A stretch of DNA of 64,000 nt from the human T2T-CHM13v2.0 reference genome, Homo sapiens: the NCBI RefSeq assembly GCF_009914755.1, contig NC_060927.1, one strand, 5' to 3'. The notes under the pieces were generated by a model that did no database searches, was not told the DNA's origin, and saw only the letters and a program-made list of their open reading frames with translations. The position numbers were made by a program, and so were the translations under genes. Below are positions 45,379 to 60,908 of the stretch, in pieces (the stretch's first letter is position 1; every line of letters begins with the position of its first letter).

Positions 45379-48300
45379 GGCAGGCTCTGCTGCTGACTCA
45401 TTATGTGACTTCAGTCTGTCTTGAGCTGCTCTGGATCTCAGTTTCCTTGTGTGTGAAAAGGGAAGACTAATAGAGCTGCCCAAGGCCCCTTCCACGTCCC
45501 AATGCCTGTGACTCCACAGTGGTGAATAAAAGCATGTTTTTATTTAAATATTTATGAAAAGCATATTCTTACTTTAAAGACTATAAACTAGGTCTTCTAG
45601 CCTTCCTTTTTTCCTGATGCCCTACCCACATTGTCACTGAATGTGTCATCTGTGGGTCATGAGCATCACACAGACAACAGGTGTTGGTCAGTTGATATCA
45701 CCATGGAAAACAGGAAAACCAAAAGTCTGCTGTTTCTTGACATTTCTTATCAGGAAAGCAAAAATGATACAATGCTGCTAAAAAAAAAAAAAAAAGATGC
45801 TTCCACTTCATCCTACCTTCAATTGCTCCTTGGATAAAACAAATGATATCAACGAATGTGATAAACCTCTCCCAGGCTTCAAAGTGCGCCCATGTGGACA
45901 GTTTTCAATTCAAATCACAAATTATCTGCTATCCTTAGCTGGTTATTGATTTGGATTTACTTTATTTTCTAAACTTATTTTTTAAATTCAATTCGCAAAC
46001 AAATCCAAAAGAAAACATAGAATAGTGGGAAGCTGTAACCACTGGAAACAGTCATTACTAATTAGAGGTATTTCCATGGTCATAAGCTAAATATGCTACC
46101 ACAGGGAATAGAAAACACATAGGGCCTAGGGTCTCTCCTTAAGTCTAGCTGGAGAGCTCAGACTTATGCATGGAAATCACTAGAAAACCCCTGTAATATA
46201 TGAACAAATATAATGAATTTATTCATTAATTCATTGTAATATATGAACAAATTCAGCCTCTTAGTCTCAAGGCTGGTAGCTATATTATTTATTCAATCAT
46301 TTATTCTACAGATATTCCTTGGATATTAACTCTGCCATGCACTGTGCTTAGCACTAGGGAAAAAAAACAGTGAACACAACAGCCAAAGCCTGACCTCTGA
46401 AGTTTGCAGAGAGTGATGCATATATCCATGGGTCATAGAAACAATGGGTTAATTTCATAGGAAAAAATAGTTATTTAGCATAGCGTAGACAAATGTTGTT
46501 TTGTTAACCTATGGCCGCATTTTTCTACTTTCATCCAGTGGTGTTAGCATCAAGAAGGCAGCAGACGCCTGAGGCTCTTATCTTTCCAATGCCTCTTTCT
46601 TCTCCAAGGCAGGTAGTTACAAGTACCAAATAAGTTTCTATTCTCACTGTGGGGTTTTTTGGTTTAAAACTGTTTATTGATCAATAAAAAAAAAAAGTTG
46701 AAAATCACAAAGTCATTGCCTGGGGAAACTGTACTAGTAATTTTACAGCAGGCTGGATAGTAAGGGAAGATTACAAATGTTAGTGGGCGGGAGATCAGCC
46801 CTGCTGAAAACAAGTCAATTCTGACAAAAACTCAACCACCACTATTGACCTTGGAGCGTATTGACAAGGTCAATGGCAGAGTGAATATGATCACGTTGGT
46901 CCTGTTCCCAGTTTGTTTACTTGCTCTAGAAAAAAGTGGACAGACATCATATGTACTCCCATATGTTTAAAAGTAATAAACACTGTAAATAACAGACTTG
47001 AGCAAAGGAATGCAAAAAAGAACATGCATAGGATTTAGAATAAAATTCTAAAATAGATTTTAAAGTTATTTTTTAAAATAGGACTGTCACTAGGACATAT
47101 TGTTGCCACTGTAACTATTTATATTAATAACTCTGACTCACCCAACAAGTCTTTGTAAGCTCAGAGACATATGAGTATACTGGCAATATTCATTCATTCT
47201 TTCAATCATCCTTTCTTCCATCTGCTCAACAAGGACTGCTGTGGGTGTGAGCATCCAAAGCACCCTGAGAAGTACCATTAATCCTTGTCCTTACTTAAAC
47301 AATGATCTTAACCTCATCCAAAAAGAATGTTCATTCCAACCTAATTAGTACCTTTCTCTCCACCCACTTGCCTTATTTAAAGATAACCGTTCTATATCCA
47401 TCATCCAGATTTCCCTAAAATAACTGGAGTAGAATATTTCCAATGCCCTCTTTTGTCTGCTTGTACCCTCACCTACTCTTTCCTCCATGACTTCTATCCA
47501 TCACCATTTTAACTCTGTTATATCCACCTTCAACTCCTCTGTAGCCTACTGAATAAAGCCCCAGACTTGGTCTTATCTGTCAGCCTTCTTTACTCTAGCA
47601 GAAAAGACAATACTATATTATTATCTTAAATATTATCAGGCCAAAGTGCCTTTTCAGAGAAGCAGCATGCTCTGGATCTGAACAGTCGTCCAACCCTAAG
47701 TTTTGTTTATAAGGATCCCTGGAGGAAGGTGAAGAAGTAAGTGAAGGACTACATGTATGGATTGTCTCCATAGGCAGGAGCTGTACTCATTTCCAGGTAA
47801 GCTGTCATTTTCATGTTCATGGCAAGCCTCTTAGTCTTTATTTCTGCAACCCAAAAGGTGGTATCACCTCACAGTTCTGATCACATCCATCAGGAACAAC
47901 TAGCTTAAGAGATTATCATTATTCAACATATCAGTTTAAAGTAGTTTATCATTTTCCAGAAGAGATCAGCTCTTGATAGAATGGCTCCCTGAACAGGTAA
48001 GCTTTGATGGGAAGAAAGGAAGAGGAAAGGCTCACAGCACAGGTGAGGCCAGGTCAGGCAGCACCACAGAGAGTCCTAGCAAGCATGTAGAACTTAAAAA
48101 CACACCACACCTCCAGCAACAAACATTAAAGGGTTGCAGAGGTAGAGAGAGATAAGAGGCTCATAACAAAGGCAAGTTCTCCACTTTCCACTTTGGTCAG
48201 TGGGAGCCTTGGTTGTGTTATTGTAGAGCATCGGGGCCATAGAAATATGGTTCCACTGCCCTGTGATGGGAGATCTCACACTGTGAGAACAGTGAACCAA

Positions 48301-51300
48301 ACGAAGGTTCCCCCTTCAGGCTTTTGGCATTATGGACCCCTATATTAGGAGCTTCAAGGCCAGCTTTGACCCACATCTAAAATCTACAGGAGTAAAAACT
48401 TCAGCTTGAGCCTGAAGACACTTAAACATAAGGAGTCAATTCATATGAGGTACTAAGGACCCTTTAGAGTAAGTCCTATCCTGAGAAAAGAAAGAAGGGA
48501 GGTACAGCAGTTTGGTTCAAGAGTAATGGGTCACAGGACTTCAACAAGATGGCAGAGTAGGAAGCCCTAGATACTTCTTTTTCCCAAAGACACACCACTT
48601 CAGCAACAACTGACAGAAAAATTTGCTTTGTAAGATATCCAGACACAAATTGAATGGCTCCCGCATCCTCAAAAACTGACTCACCAAAGCTGATAGGGAG
48701 CTTCAAAACACCTTGCCAGAATTTCTATGTCAGGCACAGCACCATATAATCAGGAAAAGATCCACCACCACCTCCCAGCTTCTCCCACAATAGGGAAGGA
48801 GTTGATTTGTGTATCCAGTACCCCAACTTTTCTGAGGGGCCTCCCCAGAGAACTGGCTTGTCTTTCCTGTCTTGGAGCTCTGACAGGATGAATGGCAGTC
48901 TAGACACCTGGGAGAGAACAGAGATAGCATTTGAACTGGAAGAGGCCAAAACTCCCCTGTTGCCCCCGACCCCAGCTCAGCACAGAGTGAGCAGATGAAA
49001 ACTATAACTACCTTCTCACCGTAGAGGGAAAGGTTGGGAGAGGAACCAGAATCTCTGGCTGGGCTGATTGGTGAGGGTCTTTTTCTATACAACGAAAGTT
49101 AGTGAAGACTGGGAAAGGTGACTGTTTCGTCTAATGCACAGACATAAAAATAGAAAGTCAAGGAAAATTTAAAAATCAGGAAATGATATTCCAAACAAAG
49201 GGACAAGATAAAACTCCAGAAATAAACCCTAATAAAACAGAATATATGACTCATCTGACAGATAATTCAAATAACAGTCATAAAGATGCTCACCAAAGTC
49301 AAGAGAACTACAAAGAGATATTTCTTTGTTTGTATTTCGACAAAGGGATAGAAAATATTTTAAATTACCACACAAAAGTCATGGAGCTGAAGAACACAAT
49401 AACTGAACTAAAAAAATTCGCTAGTGGGGTCCAATAGCAGACTGAGTCAGGTAGAAGAAAGGAACCATGAACCTGAAGATAGATCATTGAAAATAATGCC
49501 ATTAAAGAAGCAAATATTTTAAGAGTGAAGAAAGCTTAAGGGACTTATGGAAACCCATCAAGCAGACTAAAATATACATTATGTAGAATCAAAGAAGGAG
49601 AAGAGAGAAAGGACTACAAAGCTTATTCAAAGAAATAATGGCTGAAAACTTTCCAAACCTAGGGAAAGAAAAGATTCGTCTGTATCTAAGAAACCCAAAG
49701 ACATCAAATAAAATGAATGCAAGAAATTCACACTGATTAAAGGATCTCTGGTTTAGCTTTTAAAAAAAGAAAGAAATCCACACTGACGTACATTATAATC
49801 AAATTATCAAAAGTCAAAGAGAGAATTTCACAAGCAGCAAGAGAGAAGCAACTTGTCACATTCAAGGGAACTCCCATAAGATTATAACACATTTTTCAGC
49901 AGAAACTTTGCAGGCCAGACGGGAGTGGGATAATATATTCAAAATACTGAAAGTAAAGAACTGCCAACCAAGAATACTATACCCCAAAAAAACTATGCTT
50001 TGAAAATGAAAAGAGATAAAGACTTTCCCAGACAAACAAAAGCTGAGAGTGTTCATCACCACTATATATGTCTTATAAGAAATGCTAAAGGAAGTTTTTC
50101 AAGGGAAAATTAAAGTACACTATATAGCAATACAAAAGCATAAGAAAGTATGAAACTCACTAGTAAAGGTAAATATAGACATATCCAGAATACTGTATTA
50201 CTGTATTACTGTAATGGTGATGAGTAAATCACTTTTAATTCTAGTATAAAAGTTAAAAGACAAAAGTTTTTAAAATAAGTGGCTAAAATATGTTTAAAGA
50301 TACATAATATGAATACATGTACATTGTGGCAACAACAATAACAAAATGTGGGGGGTAAAGTGTAGAGTTTTTGCATGCAATTGAACTTAACATGGACTGC
50401 TATAACTACAAGATATTTTATGTAAGCTCTAAGATACAAAAAATACCTATAGAAGTTAAATAAAAGTAAAATAGAAAGAAATAAAAGCATATCAATATTT
50501 TTAAAAATCAAGAAAACACAAAAAAGACTGTAAGAGAAAAAAAGACCGAAAAACTACAACATCAACAAATAATTAGCAAAATGGCAATAGTAAATCCTTC
50601 TCTATCTATAATTAATTTCAATGTAAATGAATTAAATTCCCCCAAGCAAAAGACAAGAGTGCTTGATAAATTTTTTAAAGGCCCAGCTTTATGTTGTCTA
50701 TAAGAAATTTACTTTAGATTTAAGGACACACATAGGCTGAAAGTGAAGGGATAGAGAAAGATATTCCATGCAAATGGTAACCAAAACAGAGCAGGGGTAG
50801 CTGTACTTGTATCAAACAAAATAGACTTTAAGTCAAAAACCATCACAAGACAAGAAAAGGCACTATATAATGATAAAAGGGTCAATCTACCAGGAAGATA
50901 TGACAATTATAAACATATATGTACCTAACATAAGAGCACATAAATATATAAAGCAAACATTGACAGAGCTAAAGGCAGAAATAGATAGCAATACAATAAT
51001 AGTAGAAGACTTCAATACCTCACTTTCTATACTGGATAAAACATCCAGAGAGAGATCAATAAGGAAACAGAGGACTTGAACAACATAGACCAAATGGATG
51101 TAAGAAACATATACAGAACATTCCACCCCGCAGCAGTAGAATACATATCCTCAAAAGCACACTGAAGATTCTCCAGAATAGGTCACGTATTAAGTCACAA
51201 AACAAGTCTGAAAATTTTAAGAAGACTGAAATCATTCCAAACATCTTTATTGACCATAATAGACTGAAACTATAAATCAATCGCAGAATGAAAACTGGGA

Positions 51301-51391
51301 AATTCACAAAAATATGTAAATTAAATAACAAACTCTTAAACAATTATTAAGTCAAAGAAGAAATTGAAAAGGAAATTTAAAAATATCTTGA

Positions 51392-51720
51392 GACCAGGCA
51401 TAGTGGCTCACACCTGTAATCCCAGCACTTTGGGAGGCTGAGGCAGCAGGATCACTTGAGCCCAGGTGTTCAAGACCAGCCTGGGCAACATAGTAAGAAC
51501 TTATCCCTACAAAAAAATAAGAATAAAAAAAATTAACCAGGCATGTTGTTATGTGCCTATAGTCCCAGCTACTCAGGAGGCTGAGGTGGGAGGATCACTT
51601 GAGCCAGAGAGGCCGAAGCTGCAGTGAGCCAAGATCATGCCACTGCACTGCAGCCTGGATGAGAGTGAGACCCTGTCTCATGAAAAAATATTAATATTTT
51701 TAAATAAAATAAAAATAAAA
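51392..51720 (+). mobile_element. Alu (AluJ-like) in L1MB
   Basis: Dimer; TSD aaaatatcttgaga / aaaatatctcaaga. Confidence 0.94.
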
Positions 51721-52629
51721 ATATCTCAAGATAAAAGTGAAGACACACATACCAAACTTATGGGTTACAGCAAAAACACTACAGAGAAGTTTATTGCAAT
51801 AAATGCCTACATTAAAAAAGAAGAAAGATCTCAAATAAACAACTTAACTTTACACCTCAAGGAGCTAGAAGAAGAATAAACTAAGCCCAAAGTTAGCAGA
51901 AGGAAGGAAATAACGAAGAGTAGGGCAGAAATAAATGTAATAGAAAATAGAAAAATCAATAAAACTAAGAGTCGGTGTTTTGAAAAGATAAAATTCACAA
52001 ACCCTTAGCTAAACTAATTAAGAAGAGAAAATATTCAAATAAATAAAATCAGAACGAAAGAGGACATATTATAACTGATGCCACAGAAGTAAAATGAATC
52101 ATGAGACTACTATGAACAATTATATGCCAATAAACAGGATAACCTAAAAGAAATGGATAAATTACTAGAAACATACAACCTACTAAGATTAAATCAAGAA
52201 GAAATAGAAAGCCTGAACAGACCTATAACTAGTATGAAGATTGAATCAGTAATCAAGAACCTCCCAATAAAGAAAAGTCCAGGATCAGATTGTTTCACTG
52301 GTGAATTCTACTAAACTTTTAAAAAGGAATTAATGCCAATTAATGCCAATTTTTCTCAAACTCTTACAAAACATCCAAGAGGAAGAAATACTTCTAAATT
52401 CATTTTATGAGGCCAGCATTACCCTGATACAAAAGGCAGTCAAAGACACTATAAGAAAGCCACAGGTTAATATTTCTGATGAATATAGATGCAAAAGCCC
52501 TCAACAAAACACTAGCAAACCAAATCCAACATCACAATAAAGGGATCGTACACCATGATTAAATTGGATTTATCCCTAGCATGAAAAGATGGGTTATCAC
52601 ACAAAGATCAATTGATAAGATAATCCTAT

Positions 52630-53051
52630 TGTATTAGCCTGTTTTGGCATTTCTATAAAGAAACACCTGAGACTGGGAACTTTTAAGGAAAAAAGGTTTA
52701 ATTTGCTCACGGTTATGCAGGCTGTACAGGAAGTAGAGCACTGACATCTGCTTCTGGGGTGGTCTCTGCAAGCTTACAATCATGACAGAAGGTGAAGCAG
52801 GAGCTTACACGTCACATGGCAAGAGCAGGAGCAGGAGAGACAGGGGGAGGTGCCACCCACTGCCACCCACCTTTAAACAACCAAGTCTCATGAGAAATCA
52901 CCATCACGAGAACAGTACCAAGGAGACGGTGCTAAACCATGCATGAGAAATTCAGCCCCATGATCCAATCACTCCCACCAGGCCCCACCTCCAACACTGA
53001 GGATTACAATTCAACATGAAATTGGGCAGGGACACATATCCAAACTTATCA
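52630..53051 (-). mobile_element. MST-family MaLR solo LTR in L1MB
   Basis: TG..CA ends; perfect 5-bp TSD 'cctat'. Confidence 0.92.
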
Positions 53052-53440
53052 CCTATTAACAAAATAAAGAATTAAAAACACATGATCATCTCAATAGATG
53101 CAGAAAAGGCATTAGCAAAATTCAACACCCTTTTTCATAAAAATGCTCAACAAACCTAAAATAGAAAGTACCTCAACATAATAAAGGCCAACTATGAAAA
53201 GCCCACAGCCAATATCATGCTCAATCATGAAAAACTGAAAGCTTTTCCTCTAAGATCAGAAACAAGGTAAGGATGCCCACTCTTGTGACTTCTATTCAAC
53301 ATAGTACCAGTAGTCCCAGCTACAGCAATTACGTAAGAAAAAGAAATAAAAGACATCCAAATTAGAAAGGAATAAGTAAAATTGTCCCTGTTTGCAGACG
53401 ACATGATCTTATATATAGAAAACCCTTAAAATTCCATTTA

Positions 53441-53761
<321 letters not shown>

Positions 53762-54284
53762 TTAGAACTAATCAATTAATTCTGTAAATTTGCAGGATAC
53801 AAAATCATTATACAAAAATAAGTTGCATTTCTGTACACCAACCATGAACTATCTGAGAAGGAATCCAAGAAAACAATCCTATTTACAATAACATCAAAAA
53901 AATACTTAGGAAAAAACTAAGTAGGTGAAAGACTGTGTATTGAAAACTACTAAATATTAATGAAAGAAAATTTAAGGAACACAAAAACAAATAGAAAGAC
54001 ATCCTGTGTTCATGAATTAGAAGATGTAATATTGTTAAAATGTTCATATTACCCAATGCAATCTACAGATTCAGTGTAATTCCTATCAAAATCCCAATGG
54101 CATTTTTTCCAGAAACTGAAAACAGAATTCAAAAATTCATATGGAAGCACAACAAACCATGAATGGCCAGATCAATCTTGAGAAAGAAGAACAAAGTTGT
54201 AGATATCACATTTTCTGTTTCAAAACATATTACAAAGCTACAGTAATCAAAATATTATGATATTGGCATAAAGAGAGTCATAAA

Positions 54285-54650
54285 CAGCAGTCCCCCCGCT
54301 ATCCACAAGGGATATGTTCCAAGACTCTAAATGGATGCCTGAAACCACAGACAATACCAAACTCTATATATGCTATGTTTTTTCAGTCTGATAACCAAGA
54401 AAACTACAAAGCGACTCACAGGTGGGTAGCATATATAGCATGCGTACACTGAACAAACAGATGATTCATACCCTGGATAGGATGGAGCAGGACAGCACAA
54501 TATTTCATCACACTACTCAAAACAGCATGTAGTTTAAAATTTATGAATTATTTATTTCTGGAATTTTCCATTTTATATTTTCAGACCATGGTTGACCATG
54601 GGTAACTGAAACCACAGAAAGTGAAACAGAGGACAAGTGGAGGACTACTG
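54285..54650 (-). mobile_element. MER44A-like TcMar-Tigger MITE in L1MB
   Basis: TIRs 'cagcagtcccccc' / 'ggaggactactg' followed by TA. Confidence 0.85.
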
Positions 54651-55390
54651 TAGACCAATGCAATGGAATGCAGAGCCCAGAAATAAATCCATGCATATAC
54701 AATTAACTGATCTTCCACAAGGGTGCCAAGAATACAAAACAGGGAAAGGATAGTCTCTTCAACAAATGATGATGGGAAAACTGGCTACCCACATGCAGAA
54801 CAATGAAATTGGATCCTTATCTTACACCATATACAAAAATCAACTCAAAATTGATTCATAATTGTTCAAAATCAATTCAAAATTGTTTAACTTAAAACAT
54901 AAGACCTAAAACTCTAAAAACTTCTAGAACAAAAACAGGAAAATCTTTATGACTTTAGTCTTGACAATGACTTTTCATAGATATGACACCAAAAGCACAG
55001 GCAACAAAAACAAAGGTGGGACCACATCAAACTAAAAAGCTTCTGCATAGCAAAGAAAGCAATCAATAGAGTGAAGAGATAAACTATAGAATGAGAAAGA
55101 ATATTCTCAAACAATATATCTGATAAGGAGTTAATCTCTAAACTATATAAGGAATTTTATACAACTCAATAGCAAAAAAAAATGACCTAATTTAAAATGA
55201 ACTAAAGATTTGAATAGAAATTTCTCCAAAGAAGATATATACATGGTTACCAAGCTATGAAAAAAAGTACGATGTCACTACTTATCAGGGAAATACAAAT
55301 CAAAGCACAATGATTTGTTAATCCTCACACTATCAGGAAGGCTATTATCAAAAAAAAAGACAAAAATTTGAAACTTAGACCTCTTTACTG

Positions 55391-55975
<585 letters not shown>

Positions 55976-56680
55976 AAAAAATAAAGATATTGACTATAGG
56001 TACAACACTGTACCTATAGTCAATAATAATGGATTGTATACTTTTTTTAAAAAGACAATTATTGATGAGAATGTTGAGAAATTGAAACCCTTGCACACTG
56101 TTAGTGGGAATACAAAATGGTGTGGCATTCTGGAAAATAGTAGAGAGGTTCATTGAAAAATACAAAATATAACTACCATGTCATCCAGCAATTCTACTCC
56201 TGATTATTTATCCAAAAGAATTGAAATTAGGATCCTGAAGAAATATTAGCACTTCCATGTTTATTGCAACACTATTCACAACAACCAACTTATGGAAACA
56301 AGCTAAGTGTTTATCAACACATGTATGGATACAGAAAACATCTGAATGGTATATATCTACAATGAAATATTTTTCAGCCTTTACAAAGGAGATTCTGCCA
56401 TGTGCAACAACATGGATGAACCTTGAGAACACTATGCTGAGTGAAATAAGCCAATCACAGAAAGACAAATACTGAATGATTTCTCTTATATTAGATACCT
56501 CACTAAGTCAAATTCATAGAATCAAAGAGTAGAATGGTGGTTGCCAGAGGCTGGAGGGAGGGGAAAATGGAGAGTTACTCATCAATGAGCATGAAGTATC
56601 CATTAAGCAAGATGAATAAGCTGTAGGAATCTCCTGTACAACACTGTACCTATAGTTAATAATAATGTATTGTATACTTA

Positions 56681-57028
<348 letters not shown>

Positions 57029-57627
57029 TTACCACAATAAAATAAAGTTAAGGAAAAAAAGTAATGGGCCACCATCAGAGGTGACACACTCAATCATCCT
57101 TAATTCCAGGCCTAAGGACTCACACCATGACTTAGAGCAGCAGTGACAAGAGTCCGTATCCTATAAGTCAGACCTGGGAAGCAGAAGGTGGTGAAATTGT
57201 CAACTGCCAATGTGCTAACCACACCTGAGATAACCCCAGGAACTCCCAGAGCCATTTGTGAGGATATGAGGAGGTCCGAGGGCCCCATATTGGAACAAGG
57301 ACAGAGAGCTGGAGCAGAGAATGTTGCTCACCACTGGTGGGGCCGAGAAACATGAGTGAGAGCCACCAGCCAAAAAAGCATGGTTGCAAAAGGCCCCAAT
57401 TTTTCAGCTCAGTGTATCTCCTCACACAGATGTTGGAGACAACCCTGGCTTGGAATGTGGAGAATGGGTGTCAAGAGATCTTCCTGGGAATGAAGTCTGT
57501 GACCACATGAGTTCTCCTCACATATTCAGGCCCTCACCTCATATGCCCCATCCCACCAGTCCTGCAAAAAATGATATAAAAAGATGACATCAGAAAACTT
57601 CGTCCTTCAACCAAGATGACTTTCATA

Positions 57628-58475
57628 AGTGAATAAACTATGGTACATCCAACAATGGACTATTATTCTGTACTTAAAAATAAATGATCTATCAAATCAT
57701 GAAAAGATATGGAGGTCATGTGTGTAATCCCAGCACTGTGGGAGGCCGAAGCAGGCAGATTGTTTGAGCTCAGGAGTTCGAGACCAGCCTGGGCAACGTG
57801 GCAAAACCCTGTCTCTACGAAAAATACAAAATCAGCCAGGCATGGTGGTGCACAACTGTGGTCATAGCTACTCAAGAGGCTGAGGTGGGAGAATCGCTTG
57901 AACCCAGGAGGTCGAGGCTGCAGTGAGCTGAAATTGCACCACTATACTCCAGCCTGGGTGACAAAGCAAGACCCTGTCTCAAAAAAAAAAAAGAAAAGAA
58001 AAAAGACATGGAGGAAACTTAAATACATATTACTGAGAGAAAGAAGCCAATCTGAAAGCCTACATACTTTACGATTCCAACTACATGACATTCTAGAAAA
58101 GGCAAAACCATGGAGACAGTAAAAAGATCAGTGGCTGCCAGGGGGTAGGGGTGAGAGAGGGATGAATAGGCAGAGCATAGAGGATTTTTAGCTCAGTGAA
58201 ACCACTCTGCATGACACTATAATCATGGATACATGTAATAACTTTCTTGTATATGGAATGTACAACACCAAGAGTGAACCCTAATGTAAACTATGGACTT
58301 TGGGTGATAATGTGTCAATGTAGGTTCATCAGTTCTAACAAATGTACCACTCTGTGGGAGATGCAGAAAACGCAGAAGGCTATGCATGTGTGTGGGCAGG
58401 CGGTATATGGAATATCTCTGTACCTTCTTCTCAATTTTGCTGTGAAACTAAAATTGCTCAAAAAATAAAGTCTTT
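57628..58475 (+). mobile_element. L1MC-type 3' end with 5'-truncated AluJ-like insert (57716-58000)
   Basis: 'aaactatggtacatcc...gaaagaagccaatctgaaag...ttttgctgtgaaactaaaattgctc'; Alu TSD aaaagatatggagg / aaaagacatggagg. Confidence 0.85.
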
Positions 58476-58826
58476 TTTTAAAGCCGATTTTTTTAAATGA
58501 AATCACTCCCGTTCTGGTATCTTTGGCTACAACTACTGTTGATGAACTCCAGTCAAAAAACAAAAAGGCAGACAGGACTGGTAAGAAAATTGAAACACCC
58601 ATACAACTGAGGAAAACACCAAACACCAAATTACATCAGGCTCTCTTCCATTTTCCATACAATTCTAGCCAGATGGCTTAAGCTCTGGAGTCAGGAGTAC
58701 CGTTCTCCATCCTCCTCTGAAAAGTGAGACGGTCACTTTTCACCCACCACTTAATTTCACTGACTCTCCATAACTCCAACTGCAATAATCCCCGTGAATT
58801 ACAGAGGAGTTTTAAGAACCAATACC

Positions 58827-59179
<353 letters not shown>

Positions 59180-60794
59180 TCAATACGAGGTATAATTACA
59201 GCAGTATTGACCCTTCTTTGAATCAGAAGTGTTCCTTTCCCTTTACAGATCCTAGAAAGTGATGCTCAGAGCAGGACAGTGACTCTCTGAGGTCACACAT
59301 CCTGTCAGTGGCAGTCTCAGAAGGAGCGGGTGGATCTCTTGTATATCTCTTCTGGAATTCTGCTGGGAAACCCAGCTAGACCTGGTGGGCTTTTGGCAAA
59401 CAGCAAATACACACAAAGAGCAAACATGACCCATTCATTATGCCTGAAAAATGCAGCTCTCCAAAAAAGAGTGTCTTCTCAGCGCCCTCTCAGCACCGAT
59501 TTTCCTAGCCGTTCTGCTACTAAATGTCTTCAAGCAGGCCCACACATTTCTGTGATCTTCTTTCCAGAGGAATAATCAGTTATTTCTTGTAATTTCTACT
59601 TAATAATATTACAATAGTGAACTTTTTCTTTCCCTCATTAAAGTAGTGGTAGGTTGGATCAGAGGAAAGTTGATTTGTGGTCTCCACCTTTGTAACCAAG
59701 CCCTGGTCTTTAATTGGGATCTCCTTCTGGCAGCATCCCTCATGCCCGTGACAGGAAAACATCTTTGGTTGGATCATGAATTCTGATTTTTTTACCTGAA
59801 GTTTTCAGTACTCCCTACAAATAAAATTTTAATATAACTGGTTTCAGTACATCTAGGAGCCTTTTAATTACCCTCCAAAAGATGCTTAGGCAACAGCTTG
59901 CTATTAGGTTAAACAGTGTCAGCATCTGTACTGTAAACACTAACAGGTTTATTACACATTGCAAACCAACATTTGTCTTCTACTATTTTTTCTCTGAAGA
60001 GTCTTCTCTGGAAGTATATCTCCCATCCAATGGACAAAATGGACATGGGGACACCATCTTTTCATCTCCTTACTCCCCTCCACATTGCAACCTGAACATT
60101 TCTGACAATAAAACGGTGGGACACCTTGTGATAATTCAGGAGCCGATTACACAGCCACAGGCTCCACAGGCAGGTCCTCACCCTCCTCGCATCTCACGCC
60201 TGACCATTTCACTGTTCATTACCCCCTTTTCCAGAGAGTGAGCAGGGAAAACAAAAGGAGATGAAATTCAAACCCATCCATTTTGCTCCCTATTAGCTGT
60301 TCTAGTTAAAATTTTAATAGGGAGCAGCTGAAATGATTAATTAATATGAAGTTTGAGGACTGTCTCTGCAGCTCATTTGTCTACTCTTCCTTCCTCCTGA
60401 AATCATCTATAGTACAAAATGTACTGGCCTTGGGACTAGGCTAAGGCAGTTACTATGACCCTGGTGGCCAGAGGAAAGATAATCACGGCAAGTAACTGAG
60501 GAAACAAAACTGACATTAGGCTTTTTTGTAAAGAATTCCAAGCTTTATATTATCTCCCATAACATTTTAGACTCTTTATTAAATTATAAAATATAATATC
60601 CTATGGCTATTAAAAATAGCTGCTGCTTTGTTTATTTATTCCACTTACAAAAACCCCACAACAGAGAAAGTCATACTTACAGAAATAATAAACCTTAATA
60701 ATACTATAGGAAAGCTGACTGGTAATGATAACGAATTTATACGAGATACTAAACAAACATTCAGCAAGCTAATCTAGGCTGTTAAACAATTAAT

Positions 60795-60908
60795 AGTGAT
60801 TGTGCAAGATAAACCCTTCAGAGAGGAGAAATAAAACTTTGAGCTTTTCAAAGTGATCGTGCAAGATAAACCCTTCAGAGAGGAGAAGTAAAACTTTGAG
60901 CTTTTCAA
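60795..60908. repeat. 57-bp tandem duplication (2 copies, 2 mismatches)
   Basis: agtgat(t/c)gtgcaagataaacccttcagagaggagaa(a/g)taaaactttgagcttttcaa x2. Confidence 0.97.

Noticed and set aside
59882-60241. 119-aa ORF in unique sequence
   Set aside because: No recognisable domain, promoter or splice context; length compatible with chance
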